A stretch of DNA of 64,000 nucleotides from an uncultured bacterium. GTDB lineage: Bacteria > Krumholzibacteriota > Krumholzibacteriia > Krumholzibacteriales > Krumholzibacteriaceae. The notes below the pieces were generated by a model, which was not told the origin of the DNA, searched no databases, and was given only the letters and a program-made list of their open reading frames with translations. The stretch covers positions 32,001-96,000 of the forward strand of contig CAWFAD010000008.1 of assembly GCA_963813815.1 (NCBI GenBank), written 5' to 3'. Position 1 is the stretch's first letter, and every line of letters starts with the position of its first letter. Of this stretch, positions 9,905 through 17,981 are shown piece after piece. Position numbers and translations under genes: made by a program.

Positions 9905-10756
9905 CTACGGCCGAATCCCGGCTGATTCTCGAAAGATCGTTCGCGATACCAGCTCGGTTGCACAAGCAGTCAGCGCGAATATCGCGAGAATGATCAGGTA
10001 GATCTGCAGGGCGCTCAGGTCTCCAAAATCCCACCAGTTGTCGCGCATAAGATTCACCGCCGATGTATTCAGCACGGCATGAAAAAACATCGCTATGAAC
10101 AAACTGCCATTGCTCCATCGCCAGAGGTGACCCATGATAAATGCGATGAGAATCGTAGATATCGGATATAGCACGACAAATTGCGACCAGCTCAATCCAT
10201 TGCGGAAATCCGCAAACCTGAATGCGGGGAAATGCCAACACGCCCAAACGAGGCCGACTATGATTGCCCTGGTCACTGATCTCAAGCGGTCCTGCAAACG
10301 AGATTGGAGAAAACCGCGCCAACCCATCTCCTCTCCCAACGGGCCTACTCCGAAAATAATCCCGCCCAGAAATGCATTCACCGGCACGAGTGCGATCATG
10401 GTAGCGGCGATTTTCCATAGGGCGATTTTGGCCGAAATCCCCAGAACGAGATAGAATACCAGTCCGATGGCGGGCAGCAGAAAGAAGGCAGCAATATAAA
10501 CACGCCAGTTTACCTTTACGAGAATCAAGCGCTTCAGCAGACCGAGGACAGCCGCGCGCCCGCCGGTTAGGCCAGTCATAATAAGCGCAGCTGCGGTCGG
10601 GCCAAAGCTGCCTGCCAGAAGAAATCCCGCAAATCTCCCGTCGTTGATACCGACCATTCCATTAATCGATGCTATGCCCATCAACCAGATCGCCCACGAA
10701 ATAGCGTAGGCAACAGCCACAAAAGCCAAGATGGACTTGATCCCTCGATCCTTCAT
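9905..10756 (-). CDS. CPBP/CAAX family intramembrane metalloprotease
   Basis: EEMGWRG, WACWH and FHAVLN motifs; multiple TM segments. Confidence 0.92.
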   Translation of the reverse strand: MKDRGIKSILAFVAVAYAISWAIWLMGIASINGMVGINDGRFAGFLLAGSFGPTAAALIMTGLTGGRAAVLGLLKRLILVKVNWRVYIAAFFLLPAIGLVFYLVLGISAKIALWKIAATMIALVPVNAFLGGIIFGVGPLGEEMGWRGFLQSRLQDRLRSVTRAIIVGLVWACWHFPAFRFADFRNGLSWSQFVVLYPISTILIAFIMGHLWRWSNGSLFIAMFFHAVLNTSAVNLMRDNWWDFGDLSALQIYLIILAIFALTACATELVSRTIFRESAGIRP

Positions 10757-10927
10757 TGAGGGCCTCCTCAATCAAGGCGGCATCCGGCCCGTAGGAGAGT
10801 ATCATCGCCGAGTGAAGTAAGGCATACCTGGACTGCGTGCATCAATACGGCACAGCGGCGCAGTTGTTTCCAGAAAAGAGCCCGCCTGGATTCGGTCTTG
10901 CATTCCAGCAGTACGTGCGGCGGTCAC

Positions 10928-11149
10928 TCAGTATCTGTCGAGTGCCCAGTTCAGCGCCTTCGCGACAGTCTTTCCCTTAACACCGATATGCCGGGCAATA
11001 GCCTCGTTACTGAGCGCCAACCGTTTCAAATGCAACGCCTTTCCCGCGATCTGCTGATATTTTGGAGGGATCTCGACCTCCAGAAGTTCCGCTTCGAATG
11101 TCATCTCCGCAAAGGTTCGAATTCTTTGCGGGCGTGTCCACCATTTCAA
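10928..11149 (-). CDS. Small HTH-containing ORF that starts across the att-like site
   Basis: LSNEAIARHIGVKGKTVAKAL HTH; N-terminus KWWTRPQRIRT is encoded by the repeat itself; no clear RBS. Confidence 0.5.
   Translation of the reverse strand: MKWWTRPQRIRTFAEMTFEAELLEVEIPPKYQQIAGKALHLKRLALSNEAIARHIGVKGKTVAKALNWALDRY
11107..11143 (+). repeat. att-like site copy 3 with T-loop-like hairpin
   Basis: CCGCAAAG-GTTCGAATT-CTTTGCGG-GCGTGTCCACCA. Confidence 0.8.
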
Positions 11150-11164
11150 CTCAATTGTGTCGGA

Positions 11165-11653
11165 TCATTCTTCGCAGACCGATTTCGAGCGTTTGCGACC
11201 CTTAATGGTCTTCAGCGCATCGGTGAGGACCTTCAGGACGAGCCTGTCTTTCTCCCTTGCCGCCGCTTCCTTGCTGGCAATGATCCGCTCCAGCTTCAGA
11301 ACGAGCACTTTTGTCCGACCGAGAGGCACCTTGATCGCATGTTTCCTTTCCTCGTCGAATTCGCCCAGTCCGTCCATAGTGAGAACGATATCGAAGAGCT
11401 CGATGCCATTGCCGGCGAACATTGGCCCATTCCTCGCCGTCGGAGGAACGTAAACGCCACGAACCTCTTTCAGGGCTTTTTCAAGGCCGGGATCCGGCAG
11501 CGTGCGAAACCACAGGTCGATACCCTGAGTCACAACGGGCGCTCCCTGAAGGGCGGCGGCGGAAAGCCCCACGATCATGAACTCGACTTTCTGGCGAACG
11601 AGCTCCTTCAGAAACTCCGCTTCCCGATCACCGAATATCAACGAATCGGCCAC
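11165..11653 (-). CDS. Nucleotidyltransferase-fold protein (putative TA toxin-like)
   Basis: MIVGLSAAALQG-x4-TQGID and K-x4-REKD motifs typical of DNA pol beta-like/AbiEii-like NTases; overlaps the upstream HTH gene. Confidence 0.7.
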   Translation of the reverse strand: MADSLIFGDREAEFLKELVRQKVEFMIVGLSAAALQGAPVVTQGIDLWFRTLPDPGLEKALKEVRGVYVPPTARNGPMFAGNGIELFDIVLTMDGLGEFDEERKHAIKVPLGRTKVLVLKLERIIASKEAAAREKDRLVLKVLTDALKTIKGRKRSKSVCEE

Positions 11654-11996
11654 GACGCAACGCCCTCCTCAAACGCTCGACAGGCTTCTCACTCAAGAGA
11701 AGCAGTGTATGCCTGATATTGTCTCGATCGATCCCTGGATGCAGCCTCGAGATGCGTTCCGATTCGGTGGCCAGGGATTTCATCCGTTCGGCCGGCGTAT
11801 CCGTTTCTTCGAGCAGGGCCGATACGGATATATGCAGGCGCTCCGCAATAAGGATCAGGGATAACGGGACGACGTAATCCTTGCGAGCCAGCGAATAGAA
11901 CGCATTTCGACTGACCCCCGCTTCACGCAGCATCTCTCCGATGTTCAGGCCCCTCCGGCGGCATTCGTATTCGACCTTATCCATGGAAAGCTTCAT
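11628..11996 (-). CDS. XRE-like HTH protein (putative antitoxin/regulator)
   Basis: RRRGLNIGEMLREAGVSRNAFYSL...IAERLHISVSALL; alternative start at 12002. Confidence 0.7.
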   Translation of the reverse strand: MKLSMDKVEYECRRRGLNIGEMLREAGVSRNAFYSLARKDYVVPLSLILIAERLHISVSALLEETDTPAERMKSLATESERISRLHPGIDRDNIRHTLLLLSEKPVERLRRALRRGRFVDIR

Positions 11997-12002
11997 ATAC
12001 AT

Positions 12003-12031
12003 AATGTACCACTATTTGGTACACTTGTCAA
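12003..12031 (-). promoter_or_regulatory. Sigma70 promoter with overlapping palindromic operator
   Basis: TTGACA-17 bp-TACATT on the minus strand; TGTACCA-N5-TGGTACA palindrome at 12005-12023. Confidence 0.75.
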
Positions 12032-12060
12032 CCGAGAATAGGCCCTTGTGTGACGTTATT

Positions 12061-12163
12061 CTAACCGTTGGGTCGATGCTCGACACGCCGGAGCCAGGCA
12101 GCAGCTTTAGTCGCCGTCTTGTCTGTGATTCCGAGCCTCCTGGCGATCGCCGAGTCGGGCATA
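12061..12163 (-). pseudogene. Truncated paralog of the 10928-11149 HTH ORF
   Basis: MPDSAIARRLGITDKTATKAAAW versus LSNEAIARHIGVKGKTVAKALNW. Confidence 0.65.
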
Positions 12164-12167
12164 GTCT

Positions 12168-12944
12168 CTATTCGCCAAAAAGAGTTTCCGGCCGCTGCTC
12201 CATCAATTCTCTCATTGCCGCCAAGAAACGCCCGGCATACGCACCGTCCAGCGGACGATGATCGAAGATCAGGGTGGCAGAAATGAATTGCCTGAAAACA
12301 CACTGCCCCGCCGCATTCCGAACAGCCTTCTCCTGCAGGGCCCCCAGGCACAGCACGGCGATCATCGGCATCGACATTGCCGGAACACCGTTGGTGACGC
12401 CGAAGCTGCCGAGATTCGTGATGACAAAATTGCCATAACGCTTTTGAAGAAAATCTATCGATCGTGACGGGAACCTCATGGCGAGCTTCCGAATAAAGGC
12501 CGGGATGCGCATAAAGCGTTTCAGATAGAGATAGAATTCCCCTTCATCCCGCTGAATTCTTTCGACCTGCCCTCTGCTTTCCTTGACAATCTCATCCAGC
12601 CTTTTCTTGTCGGGGTTGTGCAGTACGACGTACTCCACATGGTTCTCGCTGTCGACCGGAATATTGAAGACCATCTCTTTGGCATCGACGATTTTCTTCC
12701 CATCGAACGAGGCGTAGAGAAACGGAAAATGCAGCAAGGTCTTCGCGGATGCTTTCATGAAAAGATGGGTAAGCGATATTCTGAGGGAAGCCTCACGTTT
12801 GGCATTTGCTTCGCTCCGAAGCGCCAGAAGCCTGTCCATCTCGATATCGATCGCCATCGAAACCGCCGGAACGCGTCGATTCTTGTCGAATTTCATAATT
12901 TGAAATCTTCGAAAGAGCCGCTCTTTCTCTTCCCGTTGCACCAT
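12168..12944 (-). CDS. 2-oxoacid dehydrogenase E2-like acyltransferase, catalytic domain only
   Basis: ITNLGSFG and catalytic DHRPLDG motifs; no lipoyl domain. Confidence 0.85.
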   Translation of the reverse strand: MVQREEKERLFRRFQIMKFDKNRRVPAVSMAIDIEMDRLLALRSEANAKREASLRISLTHLFMKASAKTLLHFPFLYASFDGKKIVDAKEMVFNIPVDSENHVEYVVLHNPDKKRLDEIVKESRGQVERIQRDEGEFYLYLKRFMRIPAFIRKLAMRFPSRSIDFLQKRYGNFVITNLGSFGVTNGVPAMSMPMIAVLCLGALQEKAVRNAAGQCVFRQFISATLIFDHRPLDGAYAGRFLAAMRELMEQRPETLFGE

Positions 12945-13042
12945 ACGTGTTTCTCTCTTTCGTGGAGCGATACTGATGAAAGTCAATCTTATGGGCAATT
13001 CGATTCCGTGTCAAGGTGCCGGCGGGTTGTGCACGCGCCCCC

Positions 13043-14837
13043 CTATTTCCCTTCCTCCAACCGCTTCAGGGCGGCTTGGCCGTTCTTGTTCCCCGGATTG
13101 AGCTCGAGAGATTTTCGGTACCCTTCGATCGCGCGCTCCTTCTGCCCCACCTTCGCGAGGACCTCCCCGAGGCTGTCGTAGGCATTCCAGGAATTTGGAT
13201 AGAGCTCGACGGTCTTTTCGAACACGTAGACGGCGGCCGCGATCTCGTTCTCCTGAAGCAGCCGGTACCCGAGGTTGTTGAAGTCGGCTTCTTCGAACAC
13301 CGGGCCGTCTTTCCCGCGCCGCGCGAGGAGCTCCCGCAGCTTTGCATCGGCGGCCGGGATTCCTCCCTCGGCGAGGGACTTTCCGAGAGTGTCCGCGGCG
13401 GACCCGAGCCTTTGCTTGCGAACCGCCGTTTTCGCCCGTTCGATCTGCGGCTGCTCCCAGGGGAACATCGCCTCGACCTTTTCGCTTTCCTTCAGGATTT
13501 TCTCCGCTGCGGCGACGTCGCCGACGCCGAGATACGCCTGGGCCAGCATGGAGTAAGTGCTGGCGAATTGTGGGAAATCCTCGCGGCATGCGCGCAGAAG
13601 ACCGATCGCTTCGGCGTACTGCTTGCTCCCCAAGTATTGAGTGGCCCGTTGCATTGCTTCGTCGACGCCGAAGAAGGACGCGTCGCCTCTCTTCGCGCGC
13701 GCTCCATTGAGACCGGCGACCGCCGCCTCGACGCCCTTCTCACCCGCGTCGCGCACGTACTCTTCCACAAGGGATGTCCTCAGGTTCAACAGGCTGGCGG
13801 ATTCGTCCTGCGGGACGGGATTCCCTTTCTCCAGAAGCTGCAGCGCGAATTCCAGAACGCGGTCGGTCCCTGAGGCGATGTCGGCCGGCGTGTTCAGCAT
13901 GCGCAGATCGGGAGGCACGCCGACTCCTTCCCAGGAAACGCCGTTGTAATCGCTCATCACCTTGAAGGCCACCCACAGGGTCCAGCCATTCGGCATCCGA
14001 TCCGGGTATTGCGCCGAGAAGGCGCCCTCGGTGAGATCCCCCACGACGGTGACGTGGGGAAGCACGCGCATGGCCAGCACGAAGACATCGGCGCCGCTCG
14101 CGCTGAGGCGATGCGCGAGAAGGACGCTGGGCCGCGTGAACTGGACTGGACCGCCGGGCTCGACGTTGCGGTACTCCACCGGGGCCAGATCGTCGTGCTT
14201 GGGACCGTAGCGGGTCTGCGTTCGCATATAGTGTCGCTTGCGGTCGGCGAACCGATTCGCCACGAGCTCCGCCACGTTCCCCGTTCCACCCGGGTTGCCG
14301 CGCACGTCGACGATCATCCCCCGAGCGCCGGCGAGCTCCGCGATCGCCATGTCGATCGCCTGACTCGTCGGCCCGGGTCCCGCTTTGAAGTCGCCGAAAT
14401 GCATGTACCCGATCCCGTCCGAGAGCCAGCCGTAGGTGAAGCGACCCTTCAAGGTATCGGTGGCGCCGCCCTTCAAGTATTTCGACTTCACGAGATCCAG
14501 GGAGAAGTCGTCGGGCTCGCGGGCCTCCATCAATCCGCCGCAGTCGCGCCGCGTCCCGTCGGACAGGCAAACGTGCGCGTCGTTCAGGTTCCGCAGCATG
14601 GAGAGCAGTATGCCCCACAGCTCCTCGTCGGTGGTCGCCGGGGTGACCTGCGGGCGGTATACCTTGTACAGGGCATCCCAGTCGACGTGCTTGACACCGA
14701 ACTGGGCGTAGTTTCTATCGAGGCTCTTCCATACGTACTCGAAATTCAATACGGGATCGCGGGGATTTGCGCTCCCCTCGATTCTCGGCAACGGCGGCCG
14801 ACGCCCAAAGGCAAGCGGCGGCAAAGACAATCCACAT
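13043..14837 (-). CDS. S41 family peptidase with C-terminal TPRs (frameshift near 14775)
   Basis: DVRGNPGG, SASGAD and GVPPD motifs; TPR NAYDSLGE; signal peptide MWIVFAAACLWASAAVA lies in a different frame. Confidence 0.8.
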
Positions 14838-14932
14838 GACGTGCCATGATCGATAGCTCCTTTCCGTATGCTCCCCAATCTTGTCAACACTCGAATGATA
14901 CGAGAACGGAATGGAAGTTGTTGCCCGGAATA

Positions 14933-14967
14933 GCGAAGGTTCGAATTCCTCGCGAGCGTGTCCGCCA
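14933..14967 (+). repeat. att-like site copy 4 (outermost)
   Basis: GCGAAG-GTTCGAATT-CCTCGC-GAGCGTGTCCGCCA. Confidence 0.75.
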
Positions 14968-15103
14968 TTTCCTCTTGGCCGACGAATGCCCGCCGCCGGA
15001 AGCGTCCCGGAGATAACATTTTCGCTCTACCCCCGTACGGACGGTTTTGGTATCGTGACGTCGCACGGGACCGCACACGGGCTTGCGGGCAAGGAGGTCA
15101 TCG

Positions 15104-15517
15104 ATGAGGCGGATCGTCATTCTCGCCGCAGCGGCGCTGATCCTCTCCGCCGGCTGCACGAAGATAGACTATGTGGGCAAGGAGTTCCCGCCCACGGCCG
15201 ACGTGGATATCTTTTTCGCGCTCGACGACGTCGACCGCGAGTACGAGGTGATGGGTCACCTGACAGCCACCGCCAACGATATAGTGAGCGCGGAGAAGAT
15301 GCAGGAGGAGATACTGAAAAAGGCCCGCGAGAAGGGCGCCGACGCTGTCGTCATCCTCGGGCTCAACCGATTCGAGACTCCCACGCCGGCGACCTGGTCC
15401 GAGACGACGGAAATAGAAGCGACCAAGGCAGGAACGAAGACCACAACGACGGGGACTTCGTCATCCGGCACGAGCGAGCAAAAGGAGATACGCGCGACCT
15501 TTCTCAAGTACCGCTGA
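15104..15517 (+). CDS. Hypothetical lipoprotein (YbjQ/heavy-metal-binding-like fold possible)
   Basis: AAGGAGG RBS; lipobox SAGC; KAREKGADAVVI motif. Confidence 0.75.
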   Translation: MRRIVILAAAALILSAGCTKIDYVGKEFPPTADVDIFFALDDVDREYEVMGHLTATANDIVSAEKMQEEILKKAREKGADAVVILGLNRFETPTPATWSETTEIEATKAGTKTTTTGTSSSGTSEQKEIRATFLKYR

Positions 15518-15638
15518 TCGCTCGGAGCACGGAGACCGATTACGGGCCGTCGTAGGCGATGCCGCAGGGGATCGACGAGCGATTCGCTGCCGAAGCTCAG
15601 GTTGCGGTAGAAAAAGTAGGGCTCATCGTCGGCGGCCC

Positions 15639-17645
15639 TCATGGCTTTTGACAATCACGCAGCAGCACCGCGAGCTCCGGGTCGTCCGGGACCGAGGAGA
15701 GGCCGACCGTTAGCAGCCTCAGCGCGTCGTCCTTTCTCTTGTCCCGTATCAGCAGGCGGACCACCTCCGCGAGCGCTTTGCCGTTCGATCGATCGAGCTC
15801 GAGCGCGCGAGCGTAGAGGGGAAGCGCTTCGGCTACCCGGTTGGCGCGTAGCATAAGCTTCCCGAGCGCGAGCTGATACTTCGCCTCGTTTGGATTCTGG
15901 AGAATGAGCCGATTCAGAATGTCGAATGCGTCGTCGACCTCGCCGAGCTGATCGAGGGTGACCGCGAGATACCACCGGGCCGTTTCGGCGTTGGGATCGG
16001 CTGCCGCCGCCTCCCTGAAGCACGGAAGCGCCCCGGAGTAATTCCGCTGCTGAAAGCGAACGTATCCGAGCGAGTACATGAAAGTCGAAAAGAACGGCCG
16101 CTTCGATTTCCCGGCGCGCTCCTTCGCCTCGGCGAGCATGCTCTCCGCCTCCGCGTACCGCCCCTGCTTGGCGAGGGCCATGCCCGCGTAGCCGTATCCC
16201 TGCACGTGCAGTCTGTCCACGTTGGGCGGCGTTTGCCAAACGAGCAGGACGCCGCAGACGAGGACCGCGGCGGCGAGCGCGAAGCGCCTGATGTGTCCGG
16301 CCCTCCATTGCCGGTAGAGCCACTCGGCCGCGTGGCTTCCGAGCACAATGAGCGCCATGACGGCGGCAATGCGAAAGCGAGCGTTCGTGAAAAACACGAC
16401 GCTGATCGCCATATAGACGCACACGGTGCCCCACAGGGGGAAGTGAGCGCCCGGTCGGCGGAAGCACAGCAGCATGCCGAGAAGTCCAAGGGGGCCGACG
16501 AGCCAGAACCCGATGGGCATGAAGCGAGTAACCGAGCCGTACCGCTCGGTGATGAATGCGATATCCTGATCATTCGGAATTTCGTCCCGGCCCCAAAAGA
16601 AAAGGAGCTTCCGCAGCATTCTGCCGAACGCCTCGCGGGGGTTTGCCTCGATATATCGAAACGTTTCGCGGACGTAGTAATCCGAAATCTCCGACGCCTT
16701 GAGGGAGCGGCCCTCGGCCCGCTCGGCCCTCTCGACCTGCGCCTCGTATCCGGCCACCAATTGGGTGGGATCGCCCGGAATAATCGCCGCCGTGCCGTCG
16801 GCGCGCGGATTGTTCCCGATGTAGAAATTCACTCCACCGTTCGCCGTGATCAGCACCGCATCGCGTCCCACCGCGTAGTTGCGGATGCTGACCGGAAGGA
16901 TGGACACCATGCATCCCGCGATGAAGCAGAGCGCATACAATCCGACGCTGCGCCATCGAGCGCGGTGCAGGAACGCGATCCATCCGAGGATCACTGGAGC
17001 AAAGATCAAAATATCCGGCCGCGTGACGGCCGACAGCCCGAGAAAGCCGCCGTTTACGAACCAGAGCGCGGCGCTCGGCCGGGATCGCGATCGGAGCAGC
17101 CCCCATACGAGGAGAAGCGTGAAGAAGATGATGAGAGTCGGGCTGAGCAGCTCCGCGTCGAAGTACGCGAGCGTCCCGTACAACGCGGCGGCGATTCCGG
17201 CAATGATGCCGGCCGTGCGGCCGAACGCGTTGCGGCCGATGACGAAGAGCAGGCCGCAGTTCGCCGCGCCGATTGCCGCCTGCGCAATCCGCGGGGCCCA
17301 AGGTCCCGTTCCGAAAAGCCGGTAGATCAAGCCCAGAAACATCGGATAGAGCGGCGGGCGGAAGTAGGGACCGGATACGAATGGCTCTCCCTTCGCCAAG
17401 GCCTCGCCCCATTGATGGTTATAGAGGGAATCCATCTCGGGACTCGCGAAATACGGGCTCCTGCGCAGCTGGTAGACGTAGACGAGCCTCAGCACGAAGG
17501 CGACGAACGCTATGGCGAGAATCCACTTGCCGTCCGGTCCCTGAATCGAGCGGAGGATTCTCGACGACGCGCTCGGCCGGGGCGGCGCAACGCGGCGCCC
17601 GGCTGTGTGCTTTGATGCCGTCTGCTTGGATACGCCTTCTCTCAT
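15639..17645 (-). CDS. GT-C (family 39/ArnT-like) membrane glycosyltransferase with C-terminal TPRs
   Basis: DSLYNHQW, RPPLYP, NGGVNFYIGNNP and ARFR motifs; TM-rich; TPR tail. Confidence 0.8.
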   Translation of the reverse strand: MREGVSKQTASKHTAGRRVAPPRPSASSRILRSIQGPDGKWILAIAFVAFVLRLVYVYQLRRSPYFASPEMDSLYNHQWGEALAKGEPFVSGPYFRPPLYPMFLGLIYRLFGTGPWAPRIAQAAIGAANCGLLFVIGRNAFGRTAGIIAGIAAALYGTLAYFDAELLSPTLIIFFTLLLVWGLLRSRSRPSAALWFVNGGFLGLSAVTRPDILIFAPVILGWIAFLHRARWRSVGLYALCFIAGCMVSILPVSIRNYAVGRDAVLITANGGVNFYIGNNPRADGTAAIIPGDPTQLVAGYEAQVERAERAEGRSLKASEISDYYVRETFRYIEANPREAFGRMLRKLLFFWGRDEIPNDQDIAFITERYGSVTRFMPIGFWLVGPLGLLGMLLCFRRPGAHFPLWGTVCVYMAISVVFFTNARFRIAAVMALIVLGSHAAEWLYRQWRAGHIRRFALAAAVLVCGVLLVWQTPPNVDRLHVQGYGYAGMALAKQGRYAEAESMLAEAKERAGKSKRPFFSTFMYSLGYVRFQQRNYSGALPCFREAAAADPNAETARWYLAVTLDQLGEVDDAFDILNRLILQNPNEAKYQLALGKLMLRANRVAEALPLYARALELDRSNGKALAEVVRLLIRDKRKDDALRLLTVGLSSVPDDPELAVLLRDCQKP

Positions 17646-17981
17646 ACACCGGAGCTCCTGATGCGCGGCGAATCCCGCACGATCATCGAGGCGTCAGGGG
17701 TAAGCAGTATGCCCGCTCTGCTCGGCCGTGTCAAGGTGGGCACTGGTCGGGGTCGTGGGCGACTGCATCCAAAATCGCCGCCTCAATCGGGATTTCCGCT
17801 TGACCTTCCCCCACTACACTCCTCCACACAAAGGGTCAATTGCGGGACATCTCTCTAACCGCCGGTCGATGCCCGAGCCGCGAGGCGCTCCTCTAACCCG
17901 AACAAGCGGGGGTTGCACCCCGCCCGATTATGGATTAAACTGTTAGGTAATTGCTATCATTGAAAACTTCGGGAGGTTCCC

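Larger units (their letters stand above)
7456..14967. mobile_element. tmRNA-anchored tandem array of gene modules (genomic island), no integrase recognised in window
   Basis: Visibly more AT-rich than the flanks; four direct copies of a TCC(A/G)CCA-ending site; all genes on the minus strand. Confidence 0.7.

Noticed and set aside
9723..10418. N-terminal 232 aa of the 393-aa sigma ORF
   Set aside because: Overlaps the CAAX gene out of frame and crosses an att-like site. The real start with RBS is at 9722.
11107..11143. Extra tRNA genes at the GGTTCGAAT...CCA motifs (also 14933-14967)
   Set aside because: No acceptor stem, D-arm or anticodon arm upstream, and the T-loop to CCA spacing is wrong.
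7456..14967. CRISPR array or classical integron
   Set aside because: Spacing between repeats is 1-4 kb and contains whole genes. No cas or intI gene was recognised, and the sites lack the RYYYAAC...GTTRRRY attC architecture.
17853..17948. Possible attC (CTCTAAC...GTTAGGT) and a short similarity to 12060-12083 (TCTAACCG..GGTCGATGC)
   Set aside because: No convincing internal dyad; the match is short and could be chance.
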